The position numbers and the translations under genes are program-made. Of a DNA stretch of 44,627 nt, positions 1-10,287 are shown in pieces. Under the pieces are notes generated by a model. It saw only the letters and a program-made list of their open reading frames with translations. It was not told where the DNA came from and searched no databases. The stretch's first letter is position 1, and every line of letters begins with the position of its first letter. The stretch lies in assembly GCA_017860135.1 (NCBI GenBank), contig JAFNAG010000002.1:1-44627 (forward strand). The letters are read 5' to 3'. The DNA is from Acidobacteriota bacterium. Lineage in GTDB: Bacteria > Acidobacteriota > UBA6911.

Positions 1-106
1 AACGGCAGTAAGGATTCCGGCGTGACTGCCGCAATATCGCCGGCACTCAGCACCTGATTTGCCGGAGGAAGGCTGGCCGTCGCCTATGTATTATCCGATT
101 CCGTAC

Positions 107-1618
107 TTATGATCCCTTTTCACCTTCCGACTCGCCGGAGGTGTCTTCCTTCAGTCCAGATTCTTCCGGGATCGCGGGCGAAGGCTCACCCGGTATCCCC
201 TGCGGGGCTCCCTGGTGGCCGGATTCCGATGGCGCCGCGTCGCGAGCTTCTTCCTGCGCCGCCGGTTTGCCGGCATCCGGTTTCTTCGCATCATCCTGCA
301 CCGCCCCTGGAGCCTCGATGGCGGTTGGCAGGTCAATTCCTTCGGGAACTTCGATTTCCACCTCTTCAAACAGATCGCGCGCGGCTTCCATGATCTTCGC
401 CGCCGTTTTCTCGCCGACTCCCGGGATTTCGATCAGTTTTGACTCACCGAGCTCCAGTATCCTCTCGACGTTCTCGATGCCCGCTTCGCGCAGCCGCTCG
501 ACGATGCGCTCGCTGATTCCCTCGAGTTCGCCCAGCGACGTGGACGAGGAGGTGAGTGATTCCATCACGCTGAGGACTTCCTGCTTCTTCTGCTCCTCGC
601 TCTTGACGTCGATTTGCCATCCGATGAGCTTCGACGCGAGGCGCACGTTCTGCCCCTTCTTGCCGATCGCAAGGGACTGCTGCTTCTCCTCGACGATCAC
701 CTCCATGCGCTTCTCGACCCCGTCGATGATAAGAACCTTCGATATCTTGGCAGGATTCAGCGCGTTTGCGGCGAATTGAGCCGAGTCGTCGGACCACTGC
801 ACGATGTCGATCTTTTCGCCGCGCAATTCACGGATGATCGAGTTGATGCGGGATCCCTTCATGCCTACGCAGGCGCCCACCGGGTCGACATCGCGGTCGA
901 GTGACGCGACCGCGATCTTGGCTCTGTCCCCGGGTTCTCGAACCGCGTTCTTGACGACGATGGTGCCGTCGTAGATCTCCGGGATCTCCATTTCGAACAG
1001 CCGTATCAGAAGCTCCGGATCGGTGCGCGACAGGATCACCTGGGGGCCCTTGGCGACCGGCAGAACCTTGACGATCACGGCTCGCACTCTCTCCCCCTGC
1101 TTGTAAGTTTCGGCACGGGACTGTTCGCGCAAGGGCAGCATCGCCTCCGTCTTGCCGATGTCGACGATCATGTCCGGCCCTTCAAAACGCTTGATCACGC
1201 CGTTGACCAGTTCGCCGATTTTTTCGGAATACTCGTTGTAGATGTTCTGCCTCTCGGCTTCGCGCACTTTCTGCAGGATCACCTGTTTCGCGGTTTGCGC
1301 TGCGATCCTCCCCAGCACATCCATGGGCTTGGGCATCTCGACCGTGTCGTCCACCGCCAGGCTTTCGTCAATCTGCTTCGCTTCCTCAAGTGAGATCTCC
1401 AGGCTGGGGTTTTCCACCTGCTCGACGACGCGCTTTACCGCGAAAATTTCGACCATGCCGGTTTCCCGGTCAAACCGCGCGTTGATCTCCTCATTGGTCT
1501 TATAGTATTTCCGGGATGCCGCCACCATGGCATCTTCCAACGCATCGATGATCACCTGCGGATCAATATTCTTTTCCTTGCTTATCTGCTCGATGGTTTG
1601 AGTGATGATGTTGGACAT
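107..1618 (-). CDS. nusA: Transcription termination/antitermination factor NusA
   Basis: ATG at 1618 (MSNIITQ) after a GGGGGG RBS-like tract. Contains GRIAAQTAKQVILQKVREAER, an S1 domain, KH motifs (REPGDRAKIAV, ACVGMKGSR, AIGKKGQNVRLA), C-terminal HhH/acidic repeats (IPGVGEKTA) and a disordered tail. Lies directly downstream of rimP. The ORF-track extension to 1951 overlaps rimP and is not used. Confidence 0.97.
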   Translation of the reverse strand: MSNIITQTIEQISKEKNIDPQVIIDALEDAMVAASRKYYKTNEEINARFDRETGMVEIFAVKRVVEQVENPSLEISLEEAKQIDESLAVDDTVEMPKPMDVLGRIAAQTAKQVILQKVREAERQNIYNEYSEKIGELVNGVIKRFEGPDMIVDIGKTEAMLPLREQSRAETYKQGERVRAVIVKVLPVAKGPQVILSRTDPELLIRLFEMEIPEIYDGTIVVKNAVREPGDRAKIAVASLDRDVDPVGACVGMKGSRINSIIRELRGEKIDIVQWSDDSAQFAANALNPAKISKVLIIDGVEKRMEVIVEEKQQSLAIGKKGQNVRLASKLIGWQIDVKSEEQKKQEVLSVMESLTSSSTSLGELEGISERIVERLREAGIENVERILELGESKLIEIPGVGEKTAAKIMEAARDLFEEVEIEVPEGIDLPTAIEAPGAVQDDAKKPDAGKPAAQEEARDAAPSESGHQGAPQGIPGEPSPAIPEESGLKEDTSGESEGEKGS

Positions 1619-1644
1619 AATCCGACCCCCCCGGGCAACCCGCC

Positions 1645-2130
1645 CTAAATCTCGATGATGAGATTGGCCCTTTCGATCTCTCCCACTGCGATCTCGACCT
1701 GCCTTCCCGGAGCCACTTCCAGCTCCAGCATGCCCGCGGTTACCCCGAGAATCCGCCCCTTGAAATTCTTCTGCCCCTCGACGGGAATCCGCGACCGGAT
1801 CCGGGCCTTCTTGCCGGCAAAACGCTGGAAATCCTCCGTCTTCACGAGGGGGCGATCCAGGCCCGGCGAGGAGACTTCCAGCGCATAGCTGAACGGGATC
1901 CAGTCTTCCACGTCCAGCACCACCGAGAGCCGCTTGCTCAACCGCTCGCAATCAGCGAGCGTGATGCCGCCCGGTTGATCGATATAGGCCCGCAAGACCG
2001 GACGGCTGCCGGCGCCTTTGATCTCAACCAGAACGACCTCCAGCCCCATGGGAGTCGCAATCCGTTCGACCAGTTCCCGAATCCTGGCTTCCAGATCCTG
2101 CTGTCCTTCCGGCGGCATTCGGTGCGTCAT
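1645..2130 (-). CDS. rimP: Ribosome maturation factor RimP
   Basis: Motifs YIDQPGGITLADCERLS, LDVEDWI, YALEVSSPGLDRPL and NFKGRILG; canonical position upstream of nusA. Start uncertain (ATG at 2136, 2130 or 2118). Confidence 0.95.
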   Translation of the reverse strand: MTHRMPPEGQQDLEARIRELVERIATPMGLEVVLVEIKGAGSRPVLRAYIDQPGGITLADCERLSKRLSVVLDVEDWIPFSYALEVSSPGLDRPLVKTEDFQRFAGKKARIRSRIPVEGQKNFKGRILGVTAGMLELEVAPGRQVEIAVGEIERANLIIEI

Positions 2131-2142
2131 TCTCATGACCCC

Positions 2143-2172
2143 AAAATAAAAAAGTGGGCACAAGCCCACTTC
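2143..2172 (-). terminator. rimP leader hairpin with U-tract (attenuator-like)
   Basis: Minus strand reads AAGTGGGC-TTGT-GCCCACTT then TTTTATTTT, between the predicted promoter and the rimP start. Confidence 0.75.
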
Positions 2173-2194
2173 TTTTGAAAGCTAGCCACCGAAC

Positions 2195-2223
2195 ATGTTA
2201 TCGGAATATCCCTGAAATATCAA
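2195..2223 (-). promoter_or_regulatory. Sigma-70-type promoter of rimP-nusA
   Basis: Minus strand TTGATA-17 bp-TAACAT. Confidence 0.6.
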
Positions 2224-2237
2224 GCGCACAGAGTTTG

Positions 2238-2402
2238 AAGGAGTCAGGAGACAGGAGTCAGCGGAAAAGCATCTGGTCGGTTAATTTGCGGGTTCGGCCC
2301 GGTTGGCCGGCCCAAGAAAGACGCTTAAAAGACAATAAATCTTTGCGCAGTATTCAGGCAGGGCTCGCAGAGTATCAATGTTCTACTGACTCCTGAATCC
2401 TT
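2238..2402. repeat. ~165-bp intergenic element with inverted ends built from 7-nt tandem units
   Basis: Left end AGGAGTC-AGGAGAC-AGGAGTC-AGCGGAA. Right end TTCTACTGACTCCTGAATCCT; its reverse complement matches 2246-2266 at 17/21 positions. Confidence 0.6.
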
Positions 2403-2437
2403 GGGAGTTTGCGCGTCGCAGCACAAGCAATCCCCGT

Positions 2438-3877
2438 CTATTTCTTCGGGGTTGCCGGAGTTTCCGGGGGAGCTGGCGGGGGTTCGATATAGTCGGACTC
2501 CGCCCTTGCCAGTTTCGACAGGCTCTCTTTGTCGGCGAGCTTGATATAGGGCTCGCCCTGAACCTGGGCGAATACTCCCTCTTTACCCTCGTTGCCGAAG
2601 ATGCAGTCCACCTTTACCGCCCCCCCCTGCTTGAGGACGGCATGGACGACAGGCTTGTCGAGCCCGTATTTGGAAAGAGCCCCGGGAGCATCCACGAATC
2701 CCTTGACCGGTTTTTCCAGGGCATCGAAGATCTCGTTGACCGCATCCCACTTCGCTTTCGTCTTCGCCTCACCGACGACCCAGTCGGAGCCGCCCTGCTC
2801 CTTGGCCAGGTTCAGGGTGCCCCTGGCATTCGTGATGGTGATCGAATCGATGTCCCAGCGCGTCAGGAAAGCCAGCGTCTTTTCCCGCAGCTCCGACGGA
2901 GGCTTCCGCAGCTTGTCCAGAAAATCTTTGTCCACGTAAAACAGCTCCGGGCGGCTGTCGTCGCGGGCGATATACAGCGTAGATCCTGTCTCTTCCGCCT
3001 TTTTCTCGGCGGGTTTTGGTTTCGGCTGCCCTTTCTTCACCAGACGGGATTGTTCCAATCCGACGGTCAGGTGTTTGATGGCCTTGTCCTTGCCGACAGT
3101 CAGGCGCACGTCCGCCGCCGGCATGTTGAAGCCGAAGTCGGCATAGTCGTCGGGATTCTCCTCGAAGAACTCCTTGATTCGACCGGTGGACAGGTCCCCC
3201 AGGATTGAGCTTACCGCCGAGGAGTCGGCGGCCCATCTTTCCTTCCCGTGGGTCCACCACCGGTCGTTCTCTTTGGCCAGCGCCACGCTGCCCTTTTCAC
3301 TTGCGATGTCCAGGGACTGCACCTCGGACTGCTGGAAGTTGAGGATCGCGTGGTTGCGCAGGTCATCCAGCTTCTTGTTGAAGTTGCCGGCCACGTAACT
3401 GGTGACCAGCAGCACGCGGTTGCTTCCCTTGACAGCAGCGTAGGTGGAGTTTCCCGTGGGATTGTTGGAGCCGAAGCGAATTTCCCTGACCTGGCCGTCC
3501 TTGGTCTTGACCGCGACGGTCGTCTGCGGCGGGTCGAGGCCGAACTGGGCGAGATTGGAGGCGTTCTCGTCGATCACCGACTCACGGCTGATGTCGGACG
3601 CCGACGTGGCCAGCCGGTTCAGCTCGTCCGAGTCCGCCTCCAGGGAGCGGGGCGCGGTGATTTTCCATTGCCCGTCGCCGGAGCGGCTCGCCGTGACGTG
3701 CTGACCGGCCGTGATCAGGTCCAGTTGCTGCACATCTTCGGCGGGCACTTTCCATATTACGTTCTCTTCCTGCTTGGCCTTGGTCCTCTGTTCCCCGCCC
3801 TTGACCTCGTAAAAGTAAAGGAAGGCGCCGAAGCCGGCGCAGACGAGCAGCAGAATGAGAGTGCCTTTGAAGCGCAT
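2438..3877 (-). CDS. DUF4340-domain membrane-anchored protein (two tandem DUF4340-like repeats)
   Basis: N-terminal TM/signal anchor; repeated 'LAQFGLDPP' / 'DFGFNMP' / 'LSKYGLDKP' motifs typical of DUF4340; last gene of a Gld-like ABC operon; Pro-rich C-terminal tail. Confidence 0.8.
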   Translation of the reverse strand: MRFKGTLILLLVCAGFGAFLYFYEVKGGEQRTKAKQEENVIWKVPAEDVQQLDLITAGQHVTASRSGDGQWKITAPRSLEADSDELNRLATSASDISRESVIDENASNLAQFGLDPPQTTVAVKTKDGQVREIRFGSNNPTGNSTYAAVKGSNRVLLVTSYVAGNFNKKLDDLRNHAILNFQQSEVQSLDIASEKGSVALAKENDRWWTHGKERWAADSSAVSSILGDLSTGRIKEFFEENPDDYADFGFNMPAADVRLTVGKDKAIKHLTVGLEQSRLVKKGQPKPKPAEKKAEETGSTLYIARDDSRPELFYVDKDFLDKLRKPPSELREKTLAFLTRWDIDSITITNARGTLNLAKEQGGSDWVVGEAKTKAKWDAVNEIFDALEKPVKGFVDAPGALSKYGLDKPVVHAVLKQGGAVKVDCIFGNEGKEGVFAQVQGEPYIKLADKESLSKLARAESDYIEPPPAPPETPATPKK

Positions 3878-3878
3878 G

Positions 3879-5464
<1,586 letters not shown>

Positions 5465-5465
<1 letters not shown>

Positions 5466-6235
5466 TAGCTTTTCCACCGCCACGATTCAAGCGAACGATA
5501 CGTGAGGAAGAGGCCGACAAACGCGAATGTCAGGTAGAAAATCACATTCGCCGTGTCGATCACCCCTTTGATGAAATCGTCCAGGTGACTGATGACAGAC
5601 AGGTAACTGAGCACGTCCCGCATCACCCCCTGAGCGCTGTTCGCGTAGGAGTCGATCAGCCAGAGCAGCAGGATGACGCCGAAGGTGATCAGGCCCGCGA
5701 CAATCTGATTTTCGGTGATGGTCGATAGAAACAACCCGACAGCGAGGAGAGCCGCTCCATAGAGGAGCAGGCCGAGATAAGCTCCGAGGATGGGCTTCCA
5801 TTCCGGCTGGCCGTACAGGAAGAGGGTGGAGATCGTAAGGCCGCTGGTGGCGAACATGATCGCCAGGAAGGTGAGGGTCGCAAGGTACTTGCCGAGCATG
5901 GCCTGCACGTTTCCGACGGGCGTGGTGAGCAGAAGCTCGATGGTGCCGCGCTTCTTCTCTTCCGCGAACAGCCCCATGGTCAGCATCGGGATCATAAAGA
6001 GGAGCACCACGCTCATCGTCCCGAAGAAGCTGCGCGTCACGATGCCCGGGACATCCACGGGGGGCGACCCCTGGCCGTACGCCGCCTGCATCATGGTGGA
6101 CTGGACGACCGCAGTCAGGATGCTGTAAAAGAAAAACCCGGAAAAGAAAACGAACACGGTGAGCACAACGTAGGCTATGGGGGAGACGAAGTAGCTTTTC
6201 ATCTCGCGCTGCCAGATAGCCAGGATGTTTTGCAT
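5465..6235 (-). CDS. GldF-like ABC-2 type permease
   Basis: REMKSYFVSPIAYVV, TMGLFAEEKKRGTIELLLT and S.ITENQIVA motifs; about six TM helices. Confidence 0.9.
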
Positions 6236-6283
6236 AACAGGATCCTCAGCCTGAAGCGGGTCCGGCGGAAATCAAGGCGCGGC

Positions 6284-7219
6284 CTACTCCTGGGTTACAA
6301 GGTTAATGAATACGTCCTCAAGGCTCAGCGAGATGCCGCGCAGCTCGAGAAGTTCCCAGCCGCGGGTAACGATTTCCCTGGCCAGTGTGCCGCGAAGTTC
6401 GGTTTGCAGCTTGCATTCCACGGTGTAATTGACCGGACCGCCGTTGGCGGCGTTTTCGGCCTGCACTCCCATCACGCCGCCGATGCTGCGGATGGTTTCG
6501 AGGACCTCGCTCTGCGGGCCGATCACCGAGATCGCGATCTTTTCGGCGCCCTTCATCTGGTTGGTCAGTCCGGCGGGAGTGTCCATGGCCACCACCTTGC
6601 CGTTATTGATGATGACCACCCGGTTGCAGGTCATGCTCACTTCCGGAAGGATGTGGGTCGAAAGGATGACGGTGTGGTTTCCCGCCAGACCCCTGATCAG
6701 GGAGCGGACTTCAAAGATCTGCTTCGGATCCAGCCCGATAGTCGGTTCGTCGAGAATCAGCACTTCTGGATTGTTGAGCAGCGCCTGCGCCAGCCCCACA
6801 CGCTGCTTGTAGCCCTTGGAGAGCTTCCCGATGATCCGGTTGCGGACGTCGCCGATCGCGCACTTCTGCATGGCTTCGTCCACCGTCGCCTTTCGCCGCG
6901 CGGCGGCAGCTCCCTTGATCTTCGCGACGAAATGCAGGTAGGACTCCACGGTCATTTCAGGATAGAGCGGAGGATTTTCGGGCAGATATCCGATCCGTCG
7001 CCTGACCTCGATGCTTTCCTCGAACACGTCGTAACCCGCAACCCGCGCGGTCCCGTCCGTCGCGGGCATGTAGCAGGTCAGAATGCGCATGGTCGTGGTC
7101 TTGCCCGCGCCGTTCGGCCCGAGGAATCCGAGAATTTCCCCCTTCTGAACCGTGAAGGAGATTTGGTCGACCGCCTTGCGGCCGCTGTACACTTTCGACA
7201 GCCGATCCACTTCAATCAC
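6284..7219 (-). CDS. GldA-like ABC transporter ATP-binding protein
   Basis: GTG start. Walker A GPNGAGKTT, signature LSKGYKQR, Walker B ILDEP, H-loop STH, C-terminal SLEDVF. Confidence 0.95.
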   Translation of the reverse strand: MIEVDRLSKVYSGRKAVDQISFTVQKGEILGFLGPNGAGKTTTMRILTCYMPATDGTARVAGYDVFEESIEVRRRIGYLPENPPLYPEMTVESYLHFVAKIKGAAAARRKATVDEAMQKCAIGDVRNRIIGKLSKGYKQRVGLAQALLNNPEVLILDEPTIGLDPKQIFEVRSLIRGLAGNHTVILSTHILPEVSMTCNRVVIINNGKVVAMDTPAGLTNQMKGAEKIAISVIGPQSEVLETIRSIGGVMGVQAENAANGGPVNYTVECKLQTELRGTLAREIVTRGWELLELRGISLSLEDVFINLVTQE

Positions 7220-7256
7220 GCGTGATCCCTCCCGATGGTTGGACGCGAAAATCGCA

Positions 7257-7285
7257 ATGTTACTGAATCAAAAGAAATTCGTCAA
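7257..7285 (-). promoter_or_regulatory. Sigma-70-type promoter of the ABC operon
   Basis: Minus strand TTGACG-17 bp-TAACAT, about 40 nt upstream of the GTG. Confidence 0.6.
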
Positions 7286-7309
7286 CTTCCTATGCAAAGA
7301 CAAATCTCA

Positions 7310-7421
7310 CCGCCTGGAGCACGGAGGAAACAGAGAAATGAATGTCCGGGTTCGAGGAAATGTCCACCGGCCGGATGATCGATGCCGAGGTTTTCACTGT
7401 GCTCTCCGCGCTCTGTGGCGG
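7310..7421. repeat. Imperfect inverted-repeat element with ~9-nt periodic arms
   Basis: Left arm CCGCCTGGAGCACGGAGGAAACAGAGAAA; reverse complement of right arm CCGCCACAGAGCGCGGAGAGCACAGTGAAA; about 22/30 identity with one gap. Confidence 0.5.
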
Positions 7422-7600
7422 AAAGCGGATTCGGCCCTATTGGAATCCCGCGATTCCGATGCCAAATTTTTTCACTTATATTTCGTTTTTTTGTTGCAAT
7501 AAAGTTTTTTCAGTGTTAAAAGGGGTGGTTTTATCATTACGGCTATATTGTGTGAGGCCGAGAAACACCGGACTGGAGCACAATAGGGCCTGCCTGCGGA

Positions 7601-7695
7601 AGGACGCGAAAAGGGGACATTCCTCTTTTCCAGTTTTTGCACGGATGCTTTTATGCATTGGACTGGAAATGAGGAATGTCCCCTTTTCGCGTCCT
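7601..7695. repeat. 34-bp near-perfect inverted repeat (REP/MITE-like hairpin)
   Basis: Arm 7601-7634 AGGACGCGAAAAGGGGACATTCCTCTTTTCCAGT pairs with 7662-7695 at 33/34 positions; 27-nt spacer. Confidence 0.9.
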
Positions 7696-7967
7696 CTCTC
7701 CAGGGGGCCGAAGCGGGAGCTGGAAGCGGGGCAGAATATGGAACTCTTTCCGGGTTCCGCCGTATTAATTTAGAAGCCGGGAGGATCGGGAGGCGCATGT
7801 CAATGAAAAAACAAGGCTTAATCGACAGAAAAAAAACTTCCTGATTCTGAAACTATTTCCTGCCGTCCGATATCTATACATGTGATTGTCTCTCGGGGAA
7901 GTTCGGGGGTGGCCGGCCAGTGGCAGCCGGCATCCCGTGGCAAATCCAGAAGGAAGGGAAAGATACA

Positions 7968-9611
7968 GTGCGTGCAAATTCTGCATCCGGAGCTGTGGTA
8001 TCGATGACAATGGTTGACCTGGAAGAAGAAGAGGTAATGGATGGGGCGGGGTACTACGGTTCCGACGATCCGGAGGACGGGGAGTTGGAAGTCGGCGGGG
8101 AGTTCTCGTCCGTGACCCGCGAAAACTATGTTGATCGCGTGCGGTTCAGCCGCGTGCCGGCGGAAGACCGGCCGGTCGCGAAGGGGGAATCTGCGCCTTC
8201 GACCGACCCCTTGTACATTTACTACCGCAGCATGAGCAAGATCCCTCTTCTCACGCGCGAGGAGGAAGTATATCTGGCAAAGAAGATCGAGGCGGCGAAA
8301 ATCAACACGCTTCGGCTGCTTTCGCTGACTTCGATCTGTTCCGCGAAGCTGATGGAGCTTGGCCCGGAGTTGCAGCCCGCATCCATGAGCCAGGCCGGCG
8401 TGGCGCCTGCCTTGTCGGAGGCCGGGGCGGAGGGGGAGAATGAGATCCCTCTCGAGGAACGCAACCGGCTTCGGGAGCAGGCTGTCCGGCGCATCCTGCG
8501 CCGCCTGGAGCAGTTGGAGCGGCGGTATCGGGAAATGAAGCTCACGATGAAGGGCAAGGGTACCCGGAACAACGCCCGAACCAAGGATCTGGCCAAGATC
8601 AAGCACTGCCGGGATGCCGTGTTCCAGATTATTTCGCGCATCGAGCTGACCGAGAATCAGATCAACCATCTGGTTGGGGGCCTGCAGGATGTGTTGCAGC
8701 AGATGGAGTGGAGCGAAAAGGTCAGCAACATGTCCAAGCGGTCGCCGAAAAATCAGGGCACCGTCCGTGCGGCCAAGACCCGGCGCCGGGCCCTGGAGGC
8801 GGAGTATCTGACGGACGCCGGCGAGCTGCGCCGGATCGTGAACCTGATCCGGGAAAACAAGGCGGAGATGGCGCGTGCCAAGGACGAGTTCGTCCGGGCC
8901 AACCTGAGACTCGTCCTGAGCATTGCCAAGAACTACTCCTATCCCGGGCTGGACTTGCTCGACCTGGTGCAGGAAGGGAACATCGGGCTGATGAAGGCGG
9001 TGGACAAGTTCAATTATCGCCTGGGTCACAAGTTTTCGACCTATGCCACCTGGTGGATCCGCCAGAGCATCACGCGCGCGATCGCCGACCAGGGGAGAAC
9101 GATCCGGATTCCGGTTCACATGGTGGAGGCTATGAACCGGGTGCTGAAAACCTCCAATGAGCTCTCGAAGAGGATGGGAAGGGAGCCCAGCGTTCATGAG
9201 CTGGCGAAGGAGCTGAAGACGCCGGTCGCCAAGGTCACTCAGATTCTGAAGGCGGCTCAGGAACCGATTTCCCTGGAAGCAACGATTTCCGACAACAAGG
9301 ACGCCGTGCTGAACAAGTTCATCGAAGACAAGACGGCGATATCTCCGGACGACGATGTGATGAAGCACAGCCTCCGAGAAGTGACGGACGCGGCTCTCGA
9401 GACGCTTTCCCCGCGAGAGCAGGAAATCGTGCGCATGCGTTACGGGCTGAACGAGACCGGGAAAGAGTACACCTTGCAGGAAGTGGGGGAGATGTTCCAG
9501 GTAACCAGGGAGCGGATCCGCCAGATTGAAGAGAAGGCGCTCCTGAAGCTCCGCAGCCCGTACCGGTCCAGCAAGCTCAGGGAGTTCGCGGATTTCGTCA
9601 GCAAGAACTGA
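7968..9611 (+). CDS. rpoD: RpoD/SigA-like sigma-70 factor (group 1/2-like, probably a paralog of the primary sigma)
   Basis: Region 1.2 ([22 protein letters not shown]), a non-conserved insert, region 2 ([54 protein letters not shown]), region 4 ([23 protein letters not shown]). GTG start at 7968 follows AGGAAGGG; the start is uncertain. No dnaG upstream. Confidence 0.9.
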   Translation: MRANSASGAVVSMTMVDLEEEEVMDGAGYYGSDDPEDGELEVGGEFSSVTRENYVDRVRFSRVPAEDRPVAKGESAPSTDPLYIYYRSMSKIPLLTREEEVYLAKKIEAAKINTLRLLSLTSICSAKLMELGPELQPASMSQAGVAPALSEAGAEGENEIPLEERNRLREQAVRRILRRLEQLERRYREMKLTMKGKGTRNNARTKDLAKIKHCRDAVFQIISRIELTENQINHLVGGLQDVLQQMEWSEKVSNMSKRSPKNQGTVRAAKTRRRALEAEYLTDAGELRRIVNLIRENKAEMARAKDEFVRANLRLVLSIAKNYSYPGLDLLDLVQEGNIGLMKAVDKFNYRLGHKFSTYATWWIRQSITRAIADQGRTIRIPVHMVEAMNRVLKTSNELSKRMGREPSVHELAKELKTPVAKVTQILKAAQEPISLEATISDNKDAVLNKFIEDKTAISPDDDVMKHSLREVTDAALETLSPREQEIVRMRYGLNETGKEYTLQEVGEMFQVTRERIRQIEEKALLKLRSPYRSSKLREFADFVSKN

Positions 9612-9631
9612 GGGAACCGCAGTGATCCCCC

Positions 9632-9660
9632 CAAAGCCCCCCGCGCAACGGGGGGCTTTG
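9632..9660. terminator. Hairpin between convergent sigma and HU genes (likely bidirectional terminator)
   Basis: CAAAGCCCCCCG-CGCAA-CGGGGGGCTTTG, a 12-bp perfect stem. Confidence 0.75.
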
Positions 9661-9681
9661 CATTTCGGGAAACCCTCGGGA

Positions 9682-9954
9682 CTACTTCAACGCGTCCTTG
9701 AGTTCCTTTCCAGGTGTGAACTTCGGGACTTTGCGCGCCGCGATCTTGATCTCAGCCCCTGTTTGTGGATTGCGCCCTTTGCGCGCTTTTCTCCTTGCGA
9801 CGGAGAATGTGCCGAAGCCGACCATCGTAACTTTCTGGTTCTTCTTCATTGCGCTCTTGACCGCTCCGAAGAAGGAAGCGAACGCCAACTCAGCCTGATG
9901 CTTGGTGATGGCTGCCTCTTTTGCGATCTTGCCTACCAGGTCTGCCTTGTTCAA
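9682..9954 (-). CDS. hup: DNA-binding protein HU
   Basis: MNKADLV start (TTG, with GGAGGG RBS), VGFGTF, RKARKGRNPQTG and PKFTPGKELK motifs; 90 aa. Confidence 0.96.
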   Translation of the reverse strand: MNKADLVGKIAKEAAITKHQAELAFASFFGAVKSAMKKNQKVTMVGFGTFSVARRKARKGRNPQTGAEIKIAARKVPKFTPGKELKDALK

Positions 9955-10006
9955 GGACTAGCCCTCCTATGCAGCGTGCCATGCCGATGGATCTGTTTGT
10001 GCCGCA

Positions 10007-10035
10007 CTATTAGCATTGCGCAATGTGCCAGTCAA
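10007..10035 (-). promoter_or_regulatory. Putative HU promoter with a 12-bp palindrome in the spacer
   Basis: Minus strand TTGACT-17 bp-TAATAG with an extended TG; CATTGCGCAATG at 10014-10025. Confidence 0.45.
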
Positions 10036-10210
10036 GCGAATTCAGGGCGCCGGCGATCCGGCCCGGACTCCGGATTCGGAATCGCCATCGGAATCGCAAT
10101 CGATCCTTGGCCGGATTCCCAGATTCTCTCAACTCGAGGGCGGGGAGCGATTGTGATCCCTGGGCCGGCCTTATCGGTGGGCTCTGCCGTTGCCGCGCAA
10201 GCGAATTCAG
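10033..10210. repeat. Small element with hexamer tandem repeats, bounded by an exact 13-bp direct repeat
   Basis: CAAGCGAATTCAG at 10033-10045 and 10198-10210. Internal GGATTC-GGAATC-GCCATC-GGAATC-GCAATC (10072-10101) with a partial inverted copy CGATTGTGATCCC (10148-10160). Confidence 0.65.
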
Positions 10211-10236
10211 CTCCTGCGGCGGTTCCGGATCTCCTC

Positions 10237-10266
10237 TTGTAATCCTGCATCCTGAGTTGCTATGGT
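10237..10266 (+). promoter_or_regulatory. Putative promoter of the GH57-glgP operon
   Basis: TTGTAA-18 bp-TATGGT with an extended TG; strong RBS GGGAGGAGG before the ATG at 10288. Confidence 0.45.
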
Positions 10267-10287
10267 AACTCCCGCCAGGGAGGAGGA

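Noticed and set aside
1-106. Possible start of ylxR or infB downstream of nusA
   Set aside because: No recognisable motif or convincing RBS/start in the 106 nt available.
1619-1951. N-terminal extension of the nusA ORF, and similar extensions on ftcD, holB, tmk, gcdH and glycerate kinase in the ORF track
   Set aside because: They overlap neighbouring genes or promoters and lack family similarity; internal starts fit the protein families better.
7342-7798. Short ORFs in the region upstream of the sigma gene with a repeated peptide (KRGHSSFPV)
   Set aside because: The similarity comes from translating the 34-bp inverted repeat; composition is non-coding-like.
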